In this document: positions 50,696 through 63,800 of the stretch, piece after piece
Layout: every line of letters starts with the position of its first letter
Position numbering within the stretch: the first letter of the stretch is position 1
Assembly (NCBI RefSeq): GCF_963921235.1
Contig: NC_086109.1
Location: forward strand, 434,001 to 498,000
Origin: Mobula hypostoma
Lineage: Eukaryota
DNA length: 64,000 bases
Reading direction: 5' to 3'
Notes under the pieces: generated by a model
Databases searched by the model: none
Told to the model about the DNA's origin: nothing
The model's input: the letters and a program-made list of their open reading frames with translations, nothing else
Made by a program: the position numbers and the translations under genes

Positions 50696-51981
50696 AGCAT
50701 GAGGTTCAGGACAGGAGTTTCAGGGCATGAGATTCAGGGCTGTGGTTTCAGGGCAGGAGATTCAGGGCAGGAGTTTCAGGACAGGAGTTTCAGAGTATAA
50801 GATTCAGGGCATGAAATTCAGGGCTTGAGATTCAGGGCAGGAGTTTCAGGTCAGGAGTTTCAGGGCATGAGATTCAGGGCTGTCGTTTCAGGGCAGGAGA
50901 TTCAGATCATCAGATTCAGGACAGGAGTTTCAGGGCATGAGATTCAGGGCATGTCATTCAGGGCAGGAGATTCAGGACAGGAGTTTCAGAGCATGAGATT
51001 CAGGGCTGTGGTTTCAGGGCAGGAGATTCAGGGCAGGAGATTCAGGGCATGACATTCAGGGCATGAGTTTCAGAGCTGGAGTTTCAGGGCATGAGATTCA
51101 GGGCATGTGATTCAGGGCAGGAGATTTGGTGCAGCAGTTACAGGGCATGAGATTCAGGGCATGAGTTTCAGGGCATGAGATTCAGGGCTGTATTTTCAGT
51201 GCTTGAGATTCAGGGCAGGAGATTCAGGACATGAGATTCAGGGCATGAGTTTCATAGCAAGAGTTTCAAGGCATGAGATTCAGGGCAGCAGTTTCAGGGC
51301 ATGAGATTCAGGGCATGTGATTCAGGGCAGGAGATTAAGGACAGGAGTTTCAGGGCATGAGATTCAGGGCTGTGGTTTCAGGGCAGGAGATTCAGGGCAG
51401 GAGTTTCAGGGCATGACATGCAGGGCATGAGTTTCAGAGCTGGAGTTTCAGGGCATGAGATTCAGGGCTGTGGTTTCAGGCAGGAGATTCAGGGCAGGAG
51501 TTTCAGGGCATGAGATTCAGAGCATGAGATTCAGGACAGGAGTTTCAGGGCATGAGATTCAGGGCTGTGGTTTCAGGGCAGGAGATTCAGGGCAGGAGTT
51601 TCAGGGCATGAGATTCAGGGCATGAGTTTCAGAGCAGGAGTTTCAGGGCATGAGATTCAGGGCCTCAGTTTCAGGGCAGGAGATTCAGGGCAGGAGTTTC
51701 TGGGCAGGAGATTCAGGGCATGAGATTCAGGGCCTGAGGAACAGGGCAGGAGTTTCTGGCCATGAGATTCAAAGCATGAGATTCAGGGTTTGAGATTCAG
51801 GGCAGGAGTTTCAAGACAGGAGTTTCAGGGCATGAGATTCAGGGCAGGAATTTCAGGGCTTGAGATTCAGGGCAGGAGTTTCAGGACATGAGATTCAGGG
51901 CAGGAGTTTCACAGCAGGAGTTTCAGGGCATGAGATTCAGGGCAGGAGTTTCAGGGCAGGAGTTTCAGGGCAGGAGATTCA

Positions 51982-52811
51982 GGGAAGGAGATTCAGTGCA
52001 GGAGTTTCCGGGCAGGAGTTTCACGGCAGTAGCTTCACGGCAGGAGATTCAGGGCAGGAGATTCAGGGCAGAAGATTCCTAGCTGGAGTTTCAGTGCAGG
52101 AGTTTCAGGACTGGAGTTTCAGAGAAGGAGTTTCAAATCGGAGATTCAGTGTTGAAGTTTCTGTTCAGGTGTTTGAAGTCATGAGTTTCAGGGCAGGAGA
52201 TTCAGGGCAGCGGTTTCAGGGCAGGAGATTAAGGGCAAGAGATTCAATGGAGGATTTTCAGGGCAGAAGTTTCAGGGCAGCAGTTTTACGGCTTGAGTTT
52301 CAGGGCAGGAGTTTCAGGGCATGAGATTCAGGGCATGAGATTCAGTGCAGGAGATTCAGGGCAGGAGATTCAGGTCACGAGATTCAAGGCAGTAGTTTCA
52401 GGACTATAGTTTCAGGGCAGGAGTTTCAGACCATGAGTTTCAGAGCAGGAGTTTCACGTCAGGAGATTCAGGACAGATGTGTCAGGTCAGTAGTTTGAAG
52501 GCATGAGTTTTAGGGCAGAAGATTCAGGGCAGGAGATTCAGGGAAGGAGATTCAGGGCAGTAGTTTCCGGGCAGGAGTTTCACGGCAGTAGCTTCAGGGC
52601 AGGAGATTCAGGGCAGGAGATTCAGGGCAGGAGTTTCCGGGCAGGAGTTCCCGGTAACCGTTTCCGGGCAGCAGTTTCAGGGCATGAGATTCAAGGCAGG
52701 AGTTTGAGGGCATGAGTTTCAGGGCATGAGTTTCAGTGCAGGAGTTTCAGGACAGGAGTTACAGGACAGGAATTTCAGATCATGAGATTCATGGCAGGAG
52801 ATAAGGGCCGT
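51982..52811. repeat. Block A copy 7
   Basis: Same markers; carries TTCCTAGCTG and a 1-bp deletion before GGTAACC, both shared with copy 8. Confidence 0.93.
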
Positions 52812-55546
52812 AGTTTCAGGGCAGGAGTTTCAGTGCAGGAGTTTCAGGGCATGAGATTCAGAGCATGAGATTCAGGACAGAAGTTTCAGGGCATGAGACT
52901 CAGAGCATGAGGTTCAGGACAGGAGTTTCAGGGCAGGAGAATCAGTACAGGAGATCAGGGCATGAGATTCAGGGCATGAGTTTCAGAACAGGAGTTTCAA
53001 GGTATGAGATTCAGGGCATGATTTTCAGGGCAGATCTTTCAGAGCAGGAGTTTCAAGGCATGAGATTCAGGGCAGTAGATTCAGGGCTTGAGATTCAGGG
53101 CATGAGTTTCAGGTCAGGAGTTTCAGGGCATGAGATTCAGAACAGGAGATTCAGGACAGGAGTTTCAGGGAATGAGATTCAGGGCAGGAGTTTCAGTGCA
53201 GGAGTTTCAGGGCATGAGACTCAGAGCATGAGGTTCAGGACAGGAGTTTCAGGGCATGAGATTCAGGGCTGTGGTTTCAGGGCAGGAGATTCAGGGCAGG
53301 AGTTTCAGGACAGGAGTTTCAGAGTATAAGATTCAGGGCATGAAATTCAGGGCTTGAGATTCAGGGCAGGAGTTTCAGGTCAGGAGTTTCAGGGCATGAG
53401 ATTCAGGGCAGGAGTTTCAGGGCTTGAGATTCAGGGCATGAGATTCAGGGCTGTCGTTTCAGGGCAGGAGATTCAGGGCAGGAGTTTCAGGGCATGAGAT
53501 TTAGGGCATGAGTTTCAGAGCAGGAGTTTCAGGGCATGAGATTCAGGGCAGTAGTTTCAGGGCTTTAGATTCAGGGCTGGAGTTTCAGGGCATGAGATTT
53601 AGGGTACGAGTTTCAGGGCAGGAGTTTCAGGGCAAGAGATTCAGGACAGGAGTTTCAGGGCATGAGTTTCAGGACAGGAGTTTCAAGGCATGAGATTCAG
53701 GGCATGAATTTCAGGGCATGAGATTCAGGGCATGAGATTCAGGGCAGGAGTTTCAGGGCATGAGATTCAGGGCTGTGGTTTCAGGGCAGGAGATTCAGGG
53801 CAGGAGCTTCAGGACAGGAGTTTCAGGGCATGAGATTCAGGGCATGAGTTTCAGACCAGGAGTTTCAAGGAATGATATTCAGTGCATGATTTTCAGGGCA
53901 GGTCTTTCAGAGCAGGAGTTTCAAGACATGAGATTCAGGGCAGTAGTTTCAGGGCATGAGATTCAGGGCAGGAGAATCAGTACAGGAGTTTCAGGGCATG
54001 AGATTCAGGGCATGAGTTTCAGAACAGGAGTTTCAAGGTATGAGATTCAGGGCATGATTTTCAGGGCAGATCTTTCAGAGCAGGAGTTTCAAGGCATGAG
54101 ATTCAGGGCAGTAGATTCAGGGCATGAGATTCAGGGCATGAGTTTCAGGTCAGGAGTTTCAGGGCATGAGATTCAGAACATGAGATTCAGGACAGGAGTT
54201 TCAGGGAATGAGATTCAGGGCAGGAGTTTCAGTGCAGGAGTTTCAGGGCATGAGACTCAGAGCATGAGGTTCAGGACAGGAGTTTCAGGGCATGAGATTC
54301 AGGGCTGTGGTTTCAGGGCAGGAGATTCAGGGCAGGAGTTTCAGGACAGGAGTTTCAGAGTATAAGATTCAGGGCATGAAATTCAGGGCTTGAGATTCAG
54401 GGCAGGAGTTTCAGGTCAGGAGTTTCAGGGCATGAGATTCAGGGCTGTCGTTTCAGGGCAGGAGATTCAGATCATCAGATTCAGGACAGGAGTTTCAGGG
54501 CATGAGATTCAGGGCATGTCATTCAGGGCAGGAGATTCAGGACAGGAGTTTCAGAGCATGAGATTCAGGGCTGTGGTTTCAGGGCAGGAGATTCAGGGCA
54601 GGAGATTCAGGGCATGACATTCAGGGCATGAGTTTCAGAGCTGGAGTTTCAGGGCATGAGATTCAGGGCATGTGATTCAGGGCAGGAGATTTAGTGCAGC
54701 AGTTACAGGGCATGAGATTCAGGGCATGAGTTTCAGGGCATGAGATTCAGGGCAGTATTTTCAGTGCTTGAGATTCAGGGCAGGAGATTCAGGACATGAG
54801 ATTCAGGGCATGAGTTTCATAGCAAGAGTTTCAAGGCATGAGATTCAGGGCAGCAGTTTCAGGGCATGAGATTCAGGGCATGTGATTCAGGGCAGGAGAT
54901 TAAGGACAGGAGTTTCAGGGCATGAGATTCAGGGCTGTGGTTTCAGGGCAGGAGATTCAGGGCAGGAGTTTCAGGGCATGACATGCAGGGCATGAGTTTC
55001 AGAGCTGGAGTTTCAGGGCATGAGATTCAGGGCAGTAGTTTCAGGGCAGGAGATTCAGGGCAGGAGTTTCAGGGCATGAGATTCAGAGCATGAGATTCAG
55101 GACAGGAGTTTCAGGGCATGAGATTCACGGCTGTGGTTTCAGGGCAGGAGATTCAGGCAGGAGTATCAGGGCATGAGATTCAGGGCATGAGTTTCAGAGC
55201 AGGAGTTTCAGGGCATGAGATTCAGGGCCTCAGTTTCAGGGCAGGAGATTCAGGGCAGGAGTTTCTGGGCAGGAGATTCAGGGCATGAGATTCAGGGCCT
55301 GAGGAACAGGGCAGGAGTTTCTGGCCATGAGATTCAAAGCATGAGATTCAGGGTTTGAGATTCAGGGCAGGAGTTTCAAGACAGGAGTTTCAGGGCATGA
55401 GATTCAGGGCAGGAATTTCAGGGCTTGAGATTCAGGGCAGGAGTTTCAGGACATGAGATTCAGGGCAGGAGTTTCACAGCAGGAGTTTCAGGGCATGAGA
55501 TTCAGGGCAGGAGTTTCAGGGCAGGAGTTTCAGGGCAGGAGATTCA

Positions 55547-56377
55547 GGGAAGGAGATTCAGTGCAGGAGTTTCCGGGCAGGAGTTTCACGGCAGTAGCTT
55601 CAGGGCAGGAGATTCAGGGCAGGAGATTCAGGGCAGAAGATTCCTAGCTGGAGTTTCAGTGCAGGAGTTTCAGGACTGGAGTTTCAGAGAAGGAGTTTCA
55701 AATCGGAGATTCAGTGTTGAAGTTTCTGTTCAGGTGTTTGAAGTCATGAGTTTCAGGGCAGGAGATTCAGGGCAGCGGTTTCAGGGCAGGAGATTAAGGG
55801 CAAGAGATTCAATGGAGGATTTTCAGGGCAGAAGTTTCAGGGCAGCAGTTTTACGGCTTGAGTTTCAGGGCAGGAGTTTCAGGGCATGAGATTCAGGGCA
55901 TGAGATTCAGTGCAGGAGATTCAGGGCAGGAGATTCAGGTCACGAGATTCAAGGCAGTAGTTTCAGGACTATAGTTTCAGGGCAGGAGTTTCAGACCATG
56001 AGTTTCAGAGCAGGAGTTTCACGTCAGGAGATTCAGGACAGATGTGTCAGGTCAGTAGTTTGAAGGCATGAGTTTTAGGGCAGAAGATTCAGGGCAGGAG
56101 ATTCAGGGAAGGAGATTCAGGGCAGTAGTTTCCGGGCAGGAGTTTCACGGCAGTAGCTTCAGGGCAGGAGATTCAGGGCAGGAGATTCAGGGCAGGAGTT
56201 TCCGGGCAGGAGTTCCCGGTAACCGTTTCCGGGCAGCAGTTTCAGGGCATGAGATTCAAGGCAGGAGTTTGAGGGCATGAGTTTCAGGGCATGAGTTTCA
56301 GTGCAGGAGTTTCAGGACAGGAGATTACAGGACAGGAATTTCAGATCATGAGATTCATGGCAGGAGATAAGGGCCGT
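55547..56377. repeat. Block A copy 8
   Basis: Same markers; shares private variants with copy 7. Confidence 0.93.
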
Positions 56378-59300
56378 AGTTTCAGGGCAGGAGTTTCAGT
56401 GCAGGAGTTTCAGGGCATGAGATTCAGAGCATGAGATTCAGGACAGAAGTTTCAGGGCATGAGATTCACGGCTGTGGTTTCAGGGCAGGAGATTCTGGCA
56501 GGAGTATCAGGGCACGAGATTCAGGGCATGAGTTTCAGAGCAGGAGTTACAGGGCATGAGATTCAGGGCAGTAGTTTCAGGGCTTGAGATTCAGGGCTGG
56601 AGTTTCAAGGCATGATATTTAGGGGATGAGTTTCAGGGCAGGAGTTTCAGGGCAAGAGATTCAGGGCAGGAAATTCAGGGCATGAGATTCAGGGCATGAG
56701 TTTCAGGACAGGAGTTTCAAGGCATGAGATTCAGGGCCGTTTCAGGGCAGGAATTTCGGGGCATGAGATTCAGGGCATGAGTTTCAGGGCAGGAGTTTCT
56801 GGGCAGGAGATTCAGGGCATGAGATTCAGGGCCTGAGGAACAGGGCAGGAGTTTCTGGCCATGAGATTCAGGCCATGAGATTCAGGGTTTGAGATTCCGG
56901 GTATGAGTTTCAGAGCAGGAGTTTCAGGGCATGAGATTCAGGGCAGGAGTTTCAGGGCATGAGATTCAGGGCATGAGTTTCAGGGCAGGAGAATCAGTAC
57001 AGGAGTTTCAGGGCATGAGATTCAGGGCATGAGTTTCAGAACAGGAGTTTCAAGGTATGAGATTCAGGGCATGATTTTCAGGGCAGATCTTTCAGAGCAG
57101 GAGTTTCAAGGCATGAGATTCAGGGCAGTAGATTCAGGGCATGAGATTCAGGGCATGAGTTTCAGGTCAGGAGTTTCAGGGCATGAGATTCAGAACAGGA
57201 GATTCAGGACAGGAGTTTCATGGAATGAGATTCAGGGCAGGAGTTTCAGTGCAGGAGTTTCAGGGCATGAGACTCAGAGCATGAGGTTCAGGACAGGAGT
57301 TTCAGGGCATGAGATTCAGGGCTGTGGTTTCAGGGCAGGAGATTCAGGGCAGGAGTTTCAGGACAGGAGTTTCAGAGTATAAGATTCAGGGCATGAAATT
57401 CAGGGCTTGAGATTCAGGGCAGGAGTTTCAGGTCAGGAGTTTCAGGGCATGAGATTCAGGGCAGGAGTTTCAGGGCTTGAGATTCAGGGCATGAGATTCA
57501 GGGCTGTCGTTTCAGGGCAGGAGATTCAGGGCAGGAGTTTCAGGGCATGAGATTTAGGGCATGAGTTTCAGAGCAGGAGTTTCAGGGCATGAGATTCAGG
57601 GCAGTAGTTTCAGGGCTTGAGATTCAGGGCTGGAGTTTCAGGGCATGAGATTTAGGGTACGAGTTTCAGGGCAGGAGTTTCAGGGCAAGAGATTCAGGGC
57701 ATGAGATTCAGGGCATGAGTTTCAGGACAGGAGTTTCAAGGCATGAGATTCAGGGCATGAATTTCAGGGCATGAGATTCAGGGCATGAGATTCAGGGCAG
57801 GAGTTTCAGGGCATGAGATTCAGGGCTGTGGTTTCAGGGCAGGAGATTCAGGGCAGGAGCTTCAGGACAGGAGTTTCAGGGCATGAGATTCAGGGCATGA
57901 GTTTCAGAACAGGAGTTTCAAGGAATGATATTCAGTGCATGATTTTCAGGGCAGGTCTTTCAGAGCAGGAGTTTCAAGACATGAGATTCAGGGCAGTAGT
58001 TTCAGGGCATGAGATTCAGGGCAGGAGAATCAGTACAGGAGTTTCAGGGCATGAGATTCAGGGCATGAGTTTCAGAACAGGAGTTTCAAGGTATGAGATT
58101 CAGGGCATGATTTTCAGGGCAGATCTTTCAGAGCAGGAGTTTCAAGGCATGAGATTCAGGGCAGTAGATTCAGGGCATGAGATTCAGGGCAGGAGTTTCA
58201 GTGCAGGAGTTTCAGGGCATGAGACTCAGAGCATGAGGTTCAGGACAGGAGTTTCAGGGCATGAGATTCAGGGCTGTGGTTTCAGGGCAGGAGATTCAGG
58301 GCAGGAGTTTCAGGACAGGAGTTTCAGAGTATAAGATTCAGTGCATGAAATTCAGGGCTTGAGATTCAGGGCAGGAGTTTCAGGTCAGGAGTTTCAGGGC
58401 ATGAGATTCAGGGCAGGAGTTTCAGGGCTTGAGATTCAGGGCATGAGATTCAGGGCTGTCGTTTCAGGGCAGGAGATTCAGGGCAGGAGTTTCAGGGCAT
58501 GAGATTTAGGGCATGAGTTTCAGAGCAGGAGTTTCAGGGCATGAGATTCAGGGCAGTAGTTTCAGGGCTTTAGATTCAGGGCTGGAGTTTCAGGGCATGA
58601 GATTTAGGGTACGAGTTTCAGGGCAGGAGTTTCAGGGCAAGAGATTCAGGGCATGAGATTCAGGGCATGAGATTCAGGGCAGGAGTTTCATGGCATGAGA
58701 TTCAGGGCATGAGTTTCAGAGCATGAGATTCAGGGCATGAGATTCAGGGCAGGAGATTCAGGGCATGAGATTCAGGGCTGTGGTTTCAGGGCAGGAGATT
58801 CAGGGCAGGAGTTTCAGGACATGAGTTTCAGGGCATGAGATTCAGGGCATGAGTTTCAGAGCAGGAGTTTCAAGGAATGATATTCAGTGCATGATTTTCA
58901 GGGCAGGTCTTTCAGAGCAGGAGTTTCAGGGCATGAGATTCAGGGCAGTAGTTTCAGGGCATGAGATTCAGGGCAGGAGAATCAGTACAGGAGTTTCAGG
59001 GCATGAGATTCAGGGCATGAGTTTCAGAACAGGAGTTTCAAGGTATGAGATTCAGGGCATGATTTTCAGGGCAGATCTTACAGAGCAGGAGTTTCAAGGC
59101 ATGAGATTCAGGGCAGTAGATTCAGGGCATGAGATTCAGGGCATGAGTTTCAGGTCAGGAGTTTCAGGGCATGAGATTCAGAAAATGAGATTCAGGACAG
59201 GAGTTTCAGGGAATGAGATTCAGGGCAGGAGTTTCAGTGCAGGAGTTTCAGGGCATGAGACTCAGAGCATGAGGTTCAGGACAGGAGTTTCAGGGCATGA

Positions 59301-60032
59301 GATTCAGGGCTGTGGTTTCAGGGCAGGAGATTCAGGGCAGGAGTTTCAGGACAGGAGTTTCAGAGTATAAGATTCAGGGCATGAAATTCAGGGCTTGAGA
59401 TTCAGGGCAGGAGTTTCAGGTCAGGAGTTTCAGGGCATGAGATTCAGGGCTGTCGTTTCAGGGCAGGAGATTCAGAGCATCAGATTCAGGACAGGAGTTT
59501 CAGGGCATGAGATTCAGGGCTGTGGTTTCAGGCAGGAGATTCAGGGCAGGAGTTTCAGGCAATGAGATTCAGAGCATGAGATTCAGGACAGGAGTTTCAG
59601 GGCATGAGATTCACGGCTGTGGTTTCAGGGCAGGAGATTCAGGCAGGAGTATCAGGGCATGAGATTCAGGGCATGAGTTTCAGAGCAGGAGTTTCAGGGC
59701 ATGAGATTCAGGGCCTCAGTTTCAGGGCAGGAGATTCAGGGCAGGAGTTTCTGGGCAGGAGATTCAGGGCATGAGATTCAGGGCCTGAGGAACAGGGCAG
59801 GAGTTTCTGGCCATGAGATTCAAAGCATGAGATTCAGGGTTTGAGATTCAGGGCAGGAGTTTCAAGACAGGAGTTTCAGGGCATGAGATTCAGGGCAGGA
59901 GTTTCAGGGCTTGAGATTCAGGGCAGGAGTTTCAGGACATGAGATTCAGGGCAGGAGTTTCACAGCAGGAGTTTCAGGGCATGAGATTCAGGGCAGGAGT
60001 TTCAGGGCAGGAGTTTCAGGGCAGGAGATTCA

Positions 60033-60863
60033 GGGAAGGAGATTCAGTGCAGGAGTTTCCGGGCAGGAGTTTCACGGCAGTAGCTTCAGGGCAGGAGATT
60101 CAGGGCAGGAGATTCAGGGCAGAAGATTCCGAGCTGGAGTTTCAGTGCAGGAGTTTCAGGACTGGAGTTTCAGAGAAGGAGTTTCAAATCGGAGATTCAG
60201 TGTTGAAGTTTCTGTTCAGGTGTTTGAAGTCATGAGTTTCAGGGCAGGAGATTCAGGGCAGCGGTTTCAGGGCAGGAGATTAAGGGCAAGAGATTCAATG
60301 GAGGATTTTCAGGGCAGAAGTTTCAGGGCAGCAGTTTTACGGCTTGAGTTTCAGGGCAGGAGTTTCAGGGCATGAGATTCAGGGCATGAGATTCAGTGCA
60401 GGAGATTCAGGGCAGGAGATTCAGGTCACGAGATTCAAGGCAGTAGTTTCAGGACTATAGTTTCAGGGCAGGAGTTTCAGACCATGAGTTTCAGAGCAGG
60501 AGTTTCACGTCAGGAGATTCAGGACAGATGTGTCAGGTCAGTAGTTTGAAGGCATGAGTTTTAGGGCAGAAGATTCAGGGCAGGAGATTCAGGGAAGGAG
60601 ATTCAGGGCAGTAGTTTCCGGGCAGGAGTTTCACGGCAGTAGCTTCAGGGCAGGAGATTCAGGGCAGGAGATTCAGGGCAGGAGTTTCCGGGCAGGAGTT
60701 TCCCGGTAACCGTTTCCGGGCAGCAGTTTCAGGGCATGAGATTCAAGGCAGGAGTTTGAGGGCATGAGTTTCAGGGCATGAGTTTCAGTGCAGGAGTTTC
60801 AGGACAGGAGTTACAGGACAGGAATTTCAGATCATGAGATTCATGGCAGGAGATAAGGGCCGT
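60033..60863. repeat. Block A copy 9
   Basis: Same markers (TCAAATCGG ~60184, GGTAACC ~60705). Confidence 0.93.
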
Positions 60864-63800
60864 AGTTTCAGGGCAGGAGTTTCAGTGCAGGAGTTTCAGG
60901 GCATGAGATTCAGAGCATGAGATTCAGGACAGGAGTTTCAGGGCATGAGATTCACGGCTGTGGTTTCAGGGCAGGAGATTCTGGCAGGAGTATCAGGGCA
61001 CGAGATTCAGGGCATGAGTTTCAGAGCAGGAGTTACAGGGCATGAGATTCAGGGCAGTAGTTTCAGGGCTTGAGATTCAGGGCTGGAGTTTCAAGGCATG
61101 ATATTTAGGGGATGAGTTTCAGGGCAGGAGTTTCAGGGCAAGAGATTCAGGGCAGGAAATTCAGGGCATGAGATTCAGGGCATGAGTTTCAGGACAGGAG
61201 TTTCAAGGCATGAGATTCAGGGCCGTTTCAGGGCAGGAATTTCGGGGCATGAGATTCAGGGCATGAGTTTCAGGGCAGGAGTTTCTGGGCAGGAGATTCA
61301 GGGCATGAGATTCAGGGCCTGAGGAACAGGGCAGGAGTTTCTGGCCATGAGATTCAGGCCATGAGATTCAGGGTTTGAGATTCCGGGTATGAGTTTCAGA
61401 GCAGGAGTTTCAGGGCATGAGATTCAGGGCAGGAGTTTCAGGGCATGAGATTCAGGTCAGGAGTTTCAGGGCATGAGATTCAGGGCATGAGATTCAGAAC
61501 AGGAGATTCAGGACAGGAGTTTCATGGAATGAGATTCAGGGCATGAGTTTCAGAACAGGAGTTTCAAGGTATGAGATTCAGGGCATGATTTTCAGGGCAG
61601 ATCTTTCAGAGCAGGAGTTTCAAGGCATGAGATTCAGGGCAGTAGATTCAGGGCATGAGATTCAGGGCATGAGTTTCAGGTCAGGAGTTTCAGGGCATGA
61701 GATTCAGAACAGGAGATTCAGGACAGGAGTTTCATGGAATGAGATTCAGGGCAGGAGTTTCAGTGCAGGAGTTTCAGGGCATGAGACTCAGAGCATGAGG
61801 TTCAGGACAGGAGTTTCAGGGCATGAGATTCAGGGCTGTGGTTTCAGGGCAGGAGATTCAGGGCAGGAGTTTCAGGACAGGAGTTTCAGAGTATAAGATT
61901 CAGGGCATGAAATTCAGGGCTTGAGATTCAGGGCAGGAGTTTCAGGTCAGGAGTTTCAGGGCATGAGATTCAGGGCAGGAGTTTCAGGGCTTGAGATTCA
62001 GGGCTGTCGTTTCAGGGCAGGAGATTCAGGACAGGAGTTTCAGGGCATGAGATTTAGGGCATGAGTTTCAGAGCAGGAGTTTCAGAGTATAAGATTCAGG
62101 GCATGAAATTCAGGGCTTGAGATTCAGGGCAGGAGTTTCAGGTCAGGAGTTTCAGGGCATGAGATTCAGGGATGTCGTTTCAGGGCAGGAGATTCAGGGC
62201 AGGAGTTTCAGGGCATGAGATTTAGGGCATGAGTTTCAGAGCAGGAGTTTCAGGGCATGAGATTCAGGGCAGTAGTTTCAGGGCTTGAGATTCAGGGCTG
62301 GAGTTTCAGGGCATGAGATTTAGGGTACGAGTTTCAGGGCAGGAGTTTCAGGGCAAGAGATTCAGGGCATGAGATTCAGGGCATGAGTTTCAGGACAGGA
62401 GTTTCAAGGCATGAGATTCAGGGCATGAATTTCAGGGCATGAGATTCAGGGCATGAGATTCAGGGCAGGAGTTTCAGGGCATGAGATTCAGGGCTGTGGT
62501 TTCAGGGCAGGAGATTCAGGGCAGGAGCTTCAGGACAGGAGTTTCAGGGTATAAGATTCAGGGCATGAAATTCAGGGCTTGAGATTCAGGGCAGGAGCTT
62601 CAGGTCAGGAGTTTCAGGGCATGAGATTCAGGGCAGGAGTTTCAGGGCTTGAGATTCAGGGCATGAGATTCAGGGCTGTCGTTTCAGGGCAGGAGATTCA
62701 GGGCAGGAGTTTCAGGGCATGAGATTTAGGGCATGAGTTTCAGAGCAGGAGTTTCAGGGCATGAGATTCAGGGCAGTAGTTTCAGGGCTTGAGATTCAGG
62801 GCTGGAGTTTCAGGGCATGAGATTCAGGGCTGTGGTTTCAGGGCAGGAGATTCAGGGCAGGAGTTTCAGGACAGGAGTTTCAGAGTATAAGATTCAGGGC
62901 ATGAAATTCAGGGCTTGAGATTCAGGGCAGGAGTTTCAGGTCAGGAGTTTCAGGGCATGAGATTCAGGGCTGTCGTTTCAGGGCAGGAGATTCAGGGCAG
63001 GAGTTTCAGGGCATGAGATTTAGGGCATGAGTTTCAGAGCAGGAGTTTCAGGGCATGAGATTCAGGGCAGTAGTTTCAGGGCTTGAGATTCAGGGCTGGA
63101 GTTTCAGGGCATGAGATTTAGGGTACGAGTTTCAGGGCAGGAGTTTCAGGGCAAGAGATTCAGGGCATGAGATTCAGGGCATGAGTTTCAGGACAGGAGT
63201 TTCAAGGCATGAGATTCAGGGCATGAATTTCAGGGCATGAGATTCAGGGCATGAGATTCAGGGCAGGAGTTTCAGGGCATGAGATTCAGGGCTGTGGTTT
63301 CAGGGCAGGAGATTCAGGGCAGGAGCTTCAGGACAGGAGTTTCAGGGAATAAGATTCAGGGCATGAAATTCAGGGCTTGAGATTCAGGGCAGGAGCTTCA
63401 GGTCAGGAGTTTCAGGGCATGAGATTCAGGGCAGGAGTTTCAGGGCTTGAGATTCAGGGCATGAGATTCAGGGCTGTCGTTTCAGGGCAGGAGATTCAGG
63501 GCAGGAGTTTCAGGGCATGATATTTAGGGCATGAGTTTCAGAGCAGGAGTTTCAGGGCATGAGATTCAGGGCAGTAGTTTCAGGGCTTGAGATTCAGGGC
63601 TGGAGTTTCAGGGCATGAGATTTAGGGTACGAGTTTCAGGGCAGGAGTTTCAGGGCAAGAGATTCAGGGCATGAGATTCAGGGCATGAGTTTCAGGACAG
63701 GAGTTTCAAGGCATGAGATTCAGGGCATGAATTTCAGGGCATGAGATTCAGGGCATGAGATTCAGGGCAGGAGTTTCAGGGCATGAGATTCAGGGCTGTG

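Larger units (their letters stand above)
28600..51300. repeat. ~11.46 kb tandem higher-order duplication in the 14-bp array (~28600-40055 vs ~40056-51300)
   Basis: Rare variants recur at an offset of 11453-11459: TAGTTTAAGG 28711/40169, GCATGACATT 39591/51047, GCTGTATTTTCAGTGC 39731/51187. ORF pairs 29045/40503, 31017/42473, 32344/43800, 33253/44706 and 36074/47527 agree. Confidence 0.88.
50275..56460. repeat. ~2.6 kb segment duplicated at offset 3565 (~50275-52895 vs ~53840-56460)
   Basis: ORF pairs 50825/54390, 51860/55425 and 52503/56068. Shared private variants include GATTCCTAGCTG, GAGTTCCCGGT, CATGTCATTC and TTCATAGCAAGAG. Confidence 0.9.

Noticed and set aside
27743..61896. Recurrent identical 154-aa, 98-aa and 117-aa ORFs suggesting a multicopy gene family
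   Set aside because: They are translations of duplicated satellite blocks, overlap in different frames, often start at TTG, and end wherever the monomer's TGA falls in frame. The 98-aa frame has a premature stop in copies 7 and 8. They are useful only as offset markers.
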